Shown: in pieces, positions 1 to 14,889 of the stretch
How the letters are laid out: each line of letters opens with the position of its first letter
How positions within the stretch are numbered: position 1 is the first letter of the stretch
DNA from: Macrostomum lignano
Taxonomy: Eukaryota
Assembly (NCBI GenBank): GCA_002269645.1
Contig: NIVC01000085.1
Coordinates: 620,001 to 684,000, forward strand
DNA length: 64,000 nucleotides
Direction: 5' to 3'
The notes under the pieces: generated by a model
Database searches by the model: none
Told to the model about the DNA's origin: nothing
The model's input: only the letters and a program-made list of their open reading frames with translations
Translations under genes and position numbers: made by a program

Positions 1-300
1 GCTCTTTGCAGTAGCAGAGCTAATGGACCACACTATGAAATAGTTGATAAAGCGTCTCGAACTGAATGGCACTCCGATGAAGGCAGGAGAGCTGGTCTGG
101 ACCGGACTCACCCAGAATCCGGGACCTCTGTTGCCATCAAGACAGAAAGTTTGCTCTGACATCGGAGGACGTCACTGCCTGACTGTCGTGAATTGGTATG
201 GGTTGCGGCCGATGTGGGGGTTCATACCTATGGGAAGATAATAGTGTATTTTGTTACAGTGTTCTCGCAGATTTTATAGATTTTAAGGCAGCCTCACAAA

Positions 301-456
301 GGCTGTAGCCCAGTGGTCTAGCGCGGCGCTCTTATGTGCCAGCTGCCCAGGCTCGATTCCAAGTGCAGCCACATTAACTAATTAAAATCTCTGCTTGACT
401 AACGCTGTTGTAGGCCAACTCCCAAGGCACAAGGCATGTTAAACGATAAATAAAGT
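301..456 (+). mobile_element. tRNA-derived SINE copy (family A)
   Basis: Pol III A-box-like TAGCCCAGTGG and B-box-like GGCTCGATTCC. The head and body (GGCCAACTCCCAAGGC...AACGATAAATAAAG) match copies at 42015-42347 and 60421-60750. Confidence 0.75.
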
Positions 457-879
457 CTTTCGGAATGGTGCAGTGCCAGATTGAAATGCAAAAACGTTAG
501 TGATTATTATTTGTTGAATAACTTTTTTCCTCGGAAAGTTTTTTTAAACTTTTTAGCAGTAGAATTAGTCGTTTAAATTCTTGTTACATCGGTGGTATAA
601 ATCTATGACTGAATTTAGGTAGTTTGTAAACATTTGATTTTCTATATTTCGGTTAAAACATGCTGCCCTCATAGTCGTCAGCACGTGCAGGTGAAGCGGG
701 ATTGGTCGGGTTAGTAAACAGCGTCCAACCCTCATTCAGCCACTGAGAGCGGCTCTTCACAGTCTTAGCGCTGTAGCTTCATTCCTTGTCATCTTGTAGA
801 AATTATGAAATCATGTGAAATCACAGACACTATTTGCTACAATTTCTAGGAAAAATTCCGCATTCCTTCAGCGTATTGA

Positions 880-1600
880 AGAGTTGATTCGGGAGGTGAT
901 CAGTCTCCCGAAAACTCCCACTTCCAGACACTTAAGCCTGGGAACAAATTAACGTGTTCGCTTACTGTGGCGGGCTCTTCTTCTGTGTCGAGCAGGTTCT
1001 CCGAGCTCGTTCCTTGTTTCTTCTTTGTTGCGCGCGTTTGTAGAGTTCGCTTCTTCCAATCTTCTTCTCCAGAGGAATCTTTTTGAAGTCTTCGAAGTCC
1101 AAAGTCGGCCGAGAGTGAGAGCAGAACAGTGAAGTCGACGTCGCAATATTTCCTCGAGTGCGGGATTCAGTACGTTCCTCGAGTGCCAAATCAGTATCAA
1201 CAGTGCGCCCTAATAAACTCAAATTCTAACGCGAGGTCCTCCAAAAGGGGCGTCTTCTTCTAGATCTAACGGAATCGGATTCGTGTGCTCCTATCGGTTA
1301 ATCTAGGATAATCCAAATCAACAGTCAGTAATCCTCTAAGGGTATCGGAATCGGTCCGCAGATCCTATCCAATCCCTTAGGAAAATGGGAGGCCTCAAAT
1401 AGTCTCAGTAAAGTCAACGGATCAAAAACGGCCGGCAATAAAATCACTCTCAATTAATCAAAATAGCGAAGACTTGAACAACGCTTCTCAATTGATACGC
1501 TTCTCTCCCAGAGATATAGCCTCGATTAGTTGCTCTAACTAACCACAAGATCTTTTGAGGCTGCTCCGAGTCTGAGATTTCAGCTCAGATTTTGCGCTTA
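880..1600 (-). repeat. unclassified interspersed repeat, copy 1
   Basis: Shares blocks with 43900-44560, e.g. GGGTATCGGAATCGGTCCGCAGATCC, GGGAGGCCTCAAAT, GAGTCTGA(G/A)ATTTCAGCTCAGATT, GTGATCAGTC..AAAACTCCCA. No recognisable protein. Confidence 0.65.
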
Positions 1601-1645
1601 TATTTATAGTCGAAATTGTGGTATATACTTAGTAGCTTGATTCAT

Positions 1646-1798
1646 ATTTCATCATATTTCAACTTATTTCATCATATTTCACCATAGTTGCAACATATTT
1701 CACCATAGTTGCAACATATTTCACCATAGTTGCAACATATTTCACCATAGTTGCAACATATTTCACCATAGTTGCAACATATTTCACCATAGTTGCAA
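1646..1798. repeat. 21-bp tandem repeat (ATATTTCACCATAGTTGCAAC), about 6 copies
   Basis: Direct inspection. Confidence 0.95.
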
Positions 1799-4059
1799 CT
1801 TGTCTCATGCTTCGTCATACGTTGTATTCACTGTCTTAAAATAGAGTATGACAATTTGCAATTTTTATATCATTCAGGTTTTTCGCATTTTTATGTTACT
1901 GCTTACAGTAGTCTACTTGTAATGTTTCTGGATATCTCTACAGTATTTCCCCACAGTTTTTATGCATTGCTGCATCCGCGTCCGCCAAACCCAAAAGCAG
2001 TTGAGGTACCTTTGCTTTGACTGTGTGAACCAGGTCTTAAATGCGCGAAAACTGCCTCCCAAATTGCTGACGTCAGCTTCGGAAACAGCCAGCAGTCACA
2101 GGGTGCTCGTAGAGTGGGTGGGCACGCAGTTTCAGGTGCGGCCTAGTTGCACATTCGTTATGTTGTAATGTCGAAGCCGCTAGCTCGCCCGAATGCCCTG
2201 GGGATGCACGGGCTGCCCTTCAGCTGATTCATCGACCAAGCATAGCCATAGTAGCCAAAGTCCCAGAAACCCGTCTGGCATCTCGCGTTTTGTGCCCACT
2301 TAAGCCGGTCTGAAAAGTCCTCACCCCGGTGAAATTTGGCAACTCGGTACTGCAGCGAGTTTACGGTGACAGACGCTGCATTCTCAGCTCCAGCCACTGC
2401 CGTCACAGTCAGCTCAGGACCCAGTTAGTTTGCAGTAGCTAACGCTGCAAATGAGTCAAAGCAGTGGAGCCTTACTGCCTCATCAAAAGCGGCAAGTCCA
2501 GTACCCATGCTAGCGATCTTTTTGGTCGTAGTCGTTCGGGTGGTAACGAGTGCCTTAGTCCGGTACGGCGAAATGTACTTCGGCAGCTTGGACACGAACT
2601 CTAGCTTGTTGGAGCAGCTGAATTCAACGACATCAGCAAACCTGACGCTCAGAGCCGCGCACCACTTGGACGAGCGGCCCATCAAGAACCGGGCCCAGCC
2701 CCATAGCGGACCCGTCAGACCACTGCCACTTCTGAATAGCCTGGGTCTCTGACTGACCGGACAAATCGCTGCTGGTCATCCGAAGCTGGGAAAGAACTGC
2801 GGGGTATCAACTACATCTGGTTAGTTCTCAAGGAGCTGCATGCAGCCTGCGGCCAATAATGAACACTCGGAAACCGCTGAGCGCTTATAAGCGCAAATCG
2901 CACAAAACCTACAGACCAGGATTTTCGATATCGATGAGGAATCGAACTCACGTAGTCGAAAGGTCCAAACAGCTTTTAAGCGGTGAATCTACCAGTTGCC
3001 AGTTACCAAAGCTTTTATCAGTCTGGTCCGGATTGGTCCGGAGCCCAAGCTGACAAAACTGACCGCTTTTCAAACAGACTACTATGTAGTACAGACAGAC
3101 ATTCACCAGCTTACCAGTGGTTTTATCAAATTTAATTTCAAATGACCGATAACAACCGCTTAGCTATCCTGCATACTGCCGCCACCTTCACTAGACAGAT
3201 AAATATAGAGTCTTTATTAGTACTTTTACAGATACTAATGAGCTCACTCGAGTTGCACGATGTTCCGGTTGAAGGCCGATTTATCGTCAAAAGGCTGGCA
3301 TTGACTCCGTTCTACCTAATAAGTCTGCAGAAGTCTCTGGCCTGATCCCAGGTGTAGCGAGCGCGCCGAATGGAGATGCAGGAGTTCAGGTGTGCTCAGG
3401 AGCACAGAGAATTTAAAATCTACGAGTACCTGCCAGCTTGCAACAACTGATCTGGTTAACGGCAGTCACAAAAGTCTCAGAGCTCAACTGAATTTGCAGC
3501 TGACGAACTGGCAGCAGAAGAGGCATGATGAAAATCTTCTGGTTGAATGTCCTCACGAACTGTGTGTTAGAATTTAATTGCTCAGATTTTGTTTAGAAAG
3601 TCTTATGGGTATGACAGGAAAAACTTAAATTCATTGAATGGGTTCAGTCTAGAGATATTGCTGCTCCCACTGTGCTGCAGGATGCTGCACGAGGTTCTGG
3701 AATCTGTCAGCTGCATCAGCGAAAGACAGCCAAAAACTCAAATCGGCGACTCTTATGATTGACTCTCAAGGCTCCAAAGACTGTTCACTTATTGATGTGT
3801 GCTCAGAGGGCACGATTATTCGCGAGTTTGTTTGTTGTGTCTCACGGCGTCTTACTTCTGGCTACTTCTTGAACTCTGGGCTCTTTCTACTCAACTTGAC
3901 TCACAGCAAGTACAGATAGGGCTTGCATCATTCGTTTTCTATGTTATATACAAAAATAAATGTGTATAAAGTACAAAATAAGTACAAAAATGCCGAGCCT
4001 ACAGCACCTCCCTTTCTTTAGAAAGTCCACAATGTCCACATGTAGAGCACTGTTCACTC

Positions 4060-4557
4060 CTTGTGTAGGCTTGACCAGCAATCTTTCGCTCCGCCGAAGT
4101 TGCAACGCCTCTGAAGTGCCCCCAGAACTTTGATGTTCTCCGGGTTCATAGGGTGGAGACTCAGACACCTCGTCCCGTAGCCTCTCTGGGTCCTGCTCGT
4201 TTTCGGTTGCAAATAAATGCAATTGATCTCTGTGAGCCTTTTTGTAAGCACCGTTGTCCAGCCTGATTTAAGTAACTGTTTTCGGTTGGCAGAACCAATC
4301 TTGGCCAGTGAAGCTAATTTGTCAGTTATGTAGATAACTCTCTCTTGCTGTCGAAATTCGCTTATTAACGGTGTTCTGATGCAATGTCCCATAAACACTC
4401 AGATGACATAATTTCGTTGGTTTCCTTGGAGAAACGGTTAAACGGAAGAAATTTATCAACATTTCTTTGACTCGGGCCCATTGCTGCCACCGATTCTTTG
4501 ACTATGCGAACAAAGCGCTCGGCAAGTCCGTTTGATTGTGGGTAGTATAGAAGTGTA
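4060..4557 (-). pseudogene. degenerate Ty3/Gypsy integrase C-terminal fragment
   Basis: Minus-strand translation YYPQSNGLAERFVRIVKE followed by MFMGHCIRTPL matches the retroviral-type integrase YHPQSNG-AER and SP-ELLMGR-IRT motifs; frameshifted. Confidence 0.8.
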
Positions 4558-4875
4558 GTTACCCAATCACACCCCAACAGCATAAGAGACGAAAAGGTGG
4601 CAGGCAAAGGTCTATGGCCCGAAGCGCGCGAGAGGTGGGGAAAGCGACCCCGCAGTAACGATAGTTTATTTAGCAAGCAAACGAGATTAAAAGAATAAAT
4701 AAAATGAGTTTAAAAAAATTGAGCTGCAAAGCCAAAGCGAGCAACGGGGCCCAGAGGGCGGCGTGCATATAAATAAGCGGGTGAGCAAACTCCCCCCCCC
4801 CTCCACCCCACGGGGGGTAGAGAGGACGGCGTACAAAGGCGGCACAATGTACAGCGCGAGGGGTGGATGGCTAAC
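4558..4875 (-). mobile_element. short (~320 bp) element with imperfect inverted termini; probable non-autonomous relative of the YR retroelement at 11683-15966 (a solo LTR is not excluded)
   Basis: Ends GTTACCCAATCACACCCC / GGGGTGGATGGCTAAC are imperfect inverted repeats. The minus-strand start GTGTTAG..CGCTGTAC and the motif TTTT(A)ATCTCGTTTG are shared with the YR element. Confidence 0.45.
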
Positions 4876-4995
4876 ACTCATTTCACTCCAGGCTCTTACT
4901 TACTTACTTGACTTAGCTGCAGGGGGCTCCGTGCGTCCGGAAACAGCGAGGAGGCGTTGCCGCCCATATCGCTAACCCCTGGCGACCACGGGCAG

Positions 4996-8740
<3,745 letters not shown>

Positions 8741-8744
<4 letters not shown>

Positions 8745-10209
8745 GGCGAGTTGTGCAGGAGAGCTGCCTCTTCTGCCTCGCCGATAGCTCCAGGCTCCAG
8801 CTCCATGGGCTCCTCCCGGATGGATTCCATGGTCGAGGGCGAGGTCGCTACCTGGGCGGCATTCTCGCTCTCGGCCCGGTTTTCTGGGGGGGCCGCAGTG
8901 GTGACACTGGGCTGGGGGTGGCTACGGTTGGGGGCCTTAGCGGTGTCCAGCAGCTGTTTCGCGCGCTGAGTCAGACCAGAGCGGATAGTGTTCCGGGCGG
9001 GTTTCCGGCCCTTTCCACGTCCGCCTGTTGCTGCAGCTTTCGCGGCTTTCCCTCTGACAGGGTCCACGTCCTCGGAGGGGTCGTGACGACCGGGAGCTTC
9101 TTTTCCTGGGCGTTTCCGCCCGGCAGAGCCCCCGACTGCCCGTTTACGCTTCTCCGGGGGCGGTGGGCGGGTGGCGTCAGACTCAAAGCTAAAGAGCTGA
9201 ATCTGCAACAGCCCGACAGAGATGATGGACATGTCCGGGTAGCGGAGCATCCAGCTATCCGACAGTCCAAGAATAGCCGTGAAACCGTCTCCGCCTGGCT
9301 TGGAGATGGTCTCGTGAACTACGACACCGTTGGCCGGTAGCTCCGGGTTGGAAGCCACTAGCAGGTGACGCAGCTCGTCGGCCTTGGTGATGCAGATGCT
9401 AGCCGGGATCCAGGCACGGTGCCGGTGTGTCCGGGGTCGCTCGTCCTCCCTGTAGATGAACAGGTTCTCCAGCTCCGTACCCCAGTCGAAGGTTTTCAGC
9501 AGCTCGAGGAGCTGCTGTCGTGACTGGCTGTCGGTGGGCTGGATATAGAGGGCTTGGTCCTCGACTTTCGTCTTTTGGACTCGAATAGTAGTGCCGCTCA
9601 AGGCCATCTTGACCAGGTGGGAGTCCAACCTGCGCCAGATAAGGTCGAGCTGTTCGGCCGTAAGAGGCGTCTCCTGGCCTTGGATAACCAGGGCCGGCTG
9701 CCTTTTGGCCATAGCCGCGTAGGTTCGCTTCGGCTTTGTGGTTTGGCCAGCGCCCCCCGCTTTGGATCCCTCCACGGCCGTGGGAGCTTCCACACGGGCA
9801 GAGGTCCGGTCACGGGAGGGGCCAGCCGCACCAGGAGCTTCGGCGGCACCTGACGCATCAGACCGGCGCGCGGGGTCCACCCCCTTGTCGGATGTCGGCT
9901 CCTCCGCGGGGTTCGCAGAGTTACCGGCACCCTCCTCAGAGGTGGCCGGAGGGGCGGCTTTCGCATTCCTCCGTTCCTCCGCTTTGCGCTGGAGAAAGGC
10001 TTTGTAGCGAGCAATGCTACGGGCCTTCTTTTTGAAATCTGAGGTCCGCTGTCTTGTCCAGCCACTCCGGTATTATCCTGAGCGGCGGCAGCGGCAGATT
10101 GAGAGGCACCGGGGGTTCCGGTGTTGCGAATGTCCGGCTGGGCCGCGGTGCCAACCTCGGTTGGTGCTCCAGCAGCCTCGGACGTGTCGGAGGTAAATGA
10201 ATACTCCAT
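8741..10209 (-). CDS. LINE ORF1 (gag-like, resembles DUF4780-type ORF1 of LOA elements); one frameshift near 10050
   Basis: ATG at 10209. The downstream frame is open from ~10075 to the stop at 8741 and contains HRHRAWIP...LLVASNPELP...GFTAILGL. It lies upstream of and overlaps ORF2. Confidence 0.75.
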
Positions 10210-11599
10210 GAGTCGCTGAAAGGCGAGTGGGGACTAAAGGTGAGAAGCCGCTGGGCCGTAACCCCAAACCCAACAACCAGGCCAAGAGGTAGCGACCGGG
10301 GGGTGGCTTAAGCCCGTACCGGCCCGACCGCTAGCAACCGAGAAACTCCCCGGCTAAGAGCCCGGCTTGGAAAAACCAGAGGCCGAACCAAAGGACCAAC
10401 AGCACGGTACTACACTGGGCCCTTGAGGGAAGCAGGAGGACTGCCTCCGGAGCCTGCGGGCTGGCCGCATACCCTGTTAAGGTCAGAGGGTGGTACCTGT
10501 TCCTCAGAGCCGTGGCCAGAGGTACCTGATACGCACAGGTGCACTTCCGGGCGGAGCCCGTACCCAACTTGGCCAAAAGGCCACGGATGGGTTGCCGCCG
10601 CCGGAGCCCAGTCAGTCCAGCAGCCCTAGAGCTGCGTTGAACACATGCGGGGCGTGAACCCCTGGGTCGGCTTGCGAGTCAGCTTGGAGAGAGTTCTCCT
10701 GCCATTCCTGCACCAGAATAGAGGGGGTGCAGGTGTGTAGGATCGCAGACCTTAGCCCGTAGGCCTAATCTGTCTCATGCTACACAGGCGTGCTGTACCC
10801 GCCATTGCATGCTCACTCCAGGCTCACAAAGGAGCCCTAAGAGAAATGGAGGCATTATATATTCTGACAATCAATTTCGCGAAGCCACTGCTGTGTCTCT
10901 GCCGAAACAAAACTTGATTCGATGAAATCGGCTCAGCGTGGCAAGAAGCGTCAGGAAAAGAAATTTGCTTTCTGTTTTCTTCAAGTAACTTTTTTAACTA
11001 TTACCTTGCCAACATGCAGAAACTTCTTTAAAGTTATATTCAACCGAAAAAGTTACCGAATAGATAATAATAGGTTGCTGAGCTACGAGCTAAGAGAATT
11101 AGGTAACGAAACTCGTTATATCCAAATGCCTCTCACTGCATGATACTTACAAACGATCGTCAAAAACCTGATTTTCATCCCAGTGCTCCACCCATTGACC
11201 ACCTAAACACTTTACAAATCTGACCCAATATGACCTAGCATGACCATGCAATAAAATTTAAAACAATAAAACTGCTTCCATTAGCCATCACCCATTAGTG
11301 GGGTGCTGGACGCTCCTCAGGCCGGTTCCGCTTCATCAACAGCGAGTCGGGCCCAGGTGAAAAATCGGTCATCCATGGACTTTGAGAAGAAGACCATCAT
11401 GTACGATTCGTACGAAGGAGTCAGGGACTTGGAGTACGGGTTCAACATGGGGAGCGCTGAGGTGTGAGCTTTCATTGAGCTGAGCCAATGTGCTTAGCCT
11501 CAGGTGTGCAGATGAGCGGACGGCTGCAATGCATGAAGATATTTTTACTGAGCTGTACAAACTCTTGATTAGCTTTTTTATTGTCCAACTTATCATTTG

Positions 11600-11646
11600 G
11601 ACATTTGCATTTGCATTTGCATTTGCATTTGCATTTGCATTTGCAA
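11600..11646. repeat. (TTTGCA)n microsatellite, possibly a retroposon tail
   Basis: Direct inspection; a shorter copy occurs at ~46240. Confidence 0.85.
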
Positions 11647-11880
11647 ATTTTTATTGCAATCGTTACTCTCTGAGTAAGGTGTGTTAGACACGCCGGGGGG
11701 TGCCGCTGTACTTATCCCTGTACTTTGGCGGGGGGTTGAGGTGTGGGGGTGTTGGCCGCGCCGGCCAGCTTTAAGCCTCTGCACCCTTAAAGAACGAATC
11801 CTAGTACGATCGTAGGCCCGGCTTGGCTCCGCCGCAATTTATCAATTTTTTTTCTGAGATTTTTTTGCTCAGCCACCGCC

Positions 11881-13230
11881 ATGAGTGCCAGCTCAAAGCG
11901 ACTAAACGTGCGCCAACTCAAGGCTGAGCTGCGAAACAGAGGCCTGCCTACTACGGGCCGCAAGCAACAGCTTGCCAATCGCTTGTCTGCTGCACTCGGT
12001 TTAGAGCAAGCTGACGAAGACTTCAACAACTCCGAGATGACTTCTGCTCCGGACGCCGAAGACAGCATCAGCAGCGCGGACGAGGCGCCTCCGGGGGCGG
12101 GGAGCGACCGGCTGGCTGCGCTGCGGCAGGAGGTGGAGCTGCTCGAACTGCAAGTCCTGGAAGGCCGTCGTCGTGATCTTCAGCAACAGCTTCACACTCA
12201 GCAGCGCTTGACGACTCAGCCCCAGCCAGCATCATCATCAGGTGAGCATAACGCACATGCCAGTCTGCAGTTGCCCGAGGTTTTTGAATCTGGGATGAGG
12301 GAGGCGGCTCAGCTTCAGGCCGCTAATTGCAAGGCTCCGACTCGCAAGTTGCATCTCGTCAGAGACCATATCAAGCTAGCCAGAGGACCCGGCTCAGCCA
12401 GTCAGGAGCAGTTGATCGCCACTATGGAGAATGGCTCGCTCACATTCAGAAAGCAGGAGCCGAAGCTGTCTAGTATCTCTGCTGGTCAGTGGATCGCAGC
12501 CAACTCGATCATCTTGCAAAAGCTAATCAAATAAAAAAAACCTGGCGGCTGCTGGAAGCACTGACGGTCTCCTGACTGACGTCCTTGGCTACCTTGACTA
12601 CAATCGCAAGATTGGAGAGCTGCTGGCTGCTGACTACCCGGAATCCGTGATCTGGGAGTTTGACGAGGACTACCGGAGGCTGGTGGCGGAGTCGGACATG
12701 GCGTGGGGTGAGGAGCTTTAACAGAGTCAACTACTGCAATATTTGGCGGACGATAACAAAAATACACGAGGGCACAAAAGCCAAAATCAGTCGATATATA
12801 TATTTTAATATTAGGCATGCACAAAGTACGTGCGTACATTACAATCGATAATCTTTAAAGGCAACTTGAGCGTGCCCCAACCCCCCCCCCCCAGCGCAGG
12901 CCAACCCCAAAACCGATATTGTTACTCACAATATCAAGTCATCACAGGAGCCCCCTCAGTTGTACCACAAGCACCTCAACGCCCCCAGAAACCTGCGGTT
13001 CACTTTCGCTAAGCAGCCCAGCCAGCAGCAAATCCCGGCAGCAACCAGGCCGATCTGTCTGCGCTTCAACTCAGAGTCCGGATGCACCCGCCAGAACTGG
13101 AAGTTCCGCCACGTCTGCAGAATCCAAGGCTGCCTGGCAGCGCACCAGGCTCACGCTCACACGCAGTCGCCGCATTCTTCGCTCACCGGACAGCTGCCGG
13201 GTCACGTGACCGGTGCGAGTGCAAAAAACT
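11881..13230 (+). pseudogene. YR-retroelement gag-like ORF1 with N-terminal SAP motif and C-terminal Cys/His finger (frameshifted)
   Basis: RLNVRQLKAELRNRGLPTTGRKQQLANRL (SAP-like); YLDYNRKIGELL..VIWEFDEDYRRL in a shifted frame; CLRFNSESGCTRQNWKFRHVCRIQGCLAAH. Confidence 0.75.
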
Positions 13231-13299
13231 GATGCCATTTTACTCAGCTGACTGCTCTATTTTTAATTCCAATTTTTCTGCTCTTACTTCTTCGCTGCC

Positions 13300-14830
13300 C
13301 ATCTAGTCTGACCTGCAACCTGACGCCTGGAATGCTCTGCTCAGCGACGTCCCAGACAGCGACTTTCTGATGCAAGGCGTCGTCAACGGTTTCGCTCTCA
13401 CCAATGCTGGCCAGCCACCTTTGACTTCGTCCAATAACCACGCCTCCGCCCTGCTGCACCGCTCTGCTGTGGAAGCCCAGGTCGAGGAGGAGCTGCGCCT
13501 TGGGAGGTACATCCGGTGGAGCGGCCCGATCAAAGTCAACCCCATCGGCGCGCTTCCCAAGTCCGACGGGCGGGTCCGCCTGATCCATGAAGTCTGTCAA
13601 CGACTTCTACGACCAACAGAAGCACATCAAGTACTGCACTGTCCAGCAGCTGGTTCGTCATCTCCGTCCGGGACACTACATGGCCAAAATTGATCTCAAA
13701 AGCGCCTACAGGTCCGTGCCAATCAGGCCTGCTGACTACCGGCTCGTCGGCCTCGCCTGGCGGTTTGACTCGGACAGCCAGGACAGTCTGCTCTGCGACA
13801 CCAGGCTTCCCTTCGGCGCCAAAGCTGCTTGCAAAGTTTTCCACCGTCTTTCCGCCGCCGTTACCCGGCACATGCACCGGCTTGGCTTTTCTGCTACGGT
13901 GAACTACCTGGATGACTGGGCAGTCGCTGGGAAATCCGAGTCCGAGGCTTTCGCTGCTTTCAATTGCCTGCTGGACATCTTGCAGCGCCTCGGCTCTACC
14001 ATCAACTGGGACAAGGTTGTCAGACCTAAGCAATGCATCGACTTCCTTGGCGTGCGCATCAACACCGCTACCGGCACCAAGTCGGCTCTCGAGACGACAA
14101 AGCTGCTGACTCAAACCTGCTCGGAGACTCGGATGCACCTGCGCTCTGCTCAGAAGCTGATTGGCAAGCTTGGTTGGTTCTGTCAGATTGTCCCTTATGT
14201 CAGAGTCTTCCTGCGCCCGCTCTTCGACTGGCTGACAACTGCTGTTGACTGCAAGCTTTGGGTGACCGATGAGACCCGCGCCAACCAACCTGTCCTGGTG
14301 GCTCTGAGCCCTGGCTTGGCTCCCCCCGGTGGCCGCGCTTTGATGAGGAGTTTGCCATGGAGACTGACAGCAGCCGGTCAGGCGCAGCCGCTATCATCTG
14401 GGGTGCCGAGAGTTTCTGGAGTGTCATCGACTGGGAGCTGGATTGCGGTGGTGTCTTCAAGGATGTTCATATCAACTTCAAGGAGGCTCTGGCACCTTTG
14501 CTGATCATCCTGCACCGTCGCTCTCAGCTAAAGAACTGCAAGATTGTCATCTACAGCGACAGCACCGCTGCGGCTGGCATGATCAATCGGCTGAGCTGTC
14601 GTGACCCGCGGTTCCTGCAGGTGTACCAGACTGTGGCTCTGCTGTGCATCAGGAACAGCATCAGTTTGGAGGCCTTTCACCTTCCTGGTCGCATGCAGAT
14701 TTTTGCTGATGCCGCCTCCCGCATGTGTGCCTCGCAGTCTGAGCTCATTAACTTTTGTTGCCGCTACTACCGTACGCTCGTGATCTGCCCGCTTGAGTTC
14801 GCGTCGCACGCGCTCTCTGCCGCTTACCAA
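13300..14830 (+). pseudogene. YR-retroelement reverse transcriptase + RNase H (frameshifted)
   Basis: NNHASA, PIGALPKSDGRVRLIH, MAKIDLKSAYRSVPI, TRLPFG, VNYLDDW; RNase H ETDSS, HINFKEALA, IYSDSTAA, ADAASR. Confidence 0.9.
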
Positions 14831-14889
14831 TCTCGCCTCCTTTTGCAGGTCGCCCTCGCCCTCCGGAGACGCCGCCCGCCCCCCGCGCT

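Noticed and set aside
301-373. Functional tRNA gene
   Set aside because: A/B boxes are present but I could not build a canonical anticodon arm, and it continues into a repeated SINE body. The same applies to 28509-28574, 42380-42445 and 55665-55735.
2158-2752. Short ORFs resembling gag or a host exon
   Set aside because: No recognisable motif; interrupted by stops.
10700-10812. Canonical HDV-like ribozyme at the LINE 5' end
   Set aside because: The strand pairing with the putative P2 3' strand leaves no room for P3/L3/P1; kept only as a generic structured leader.
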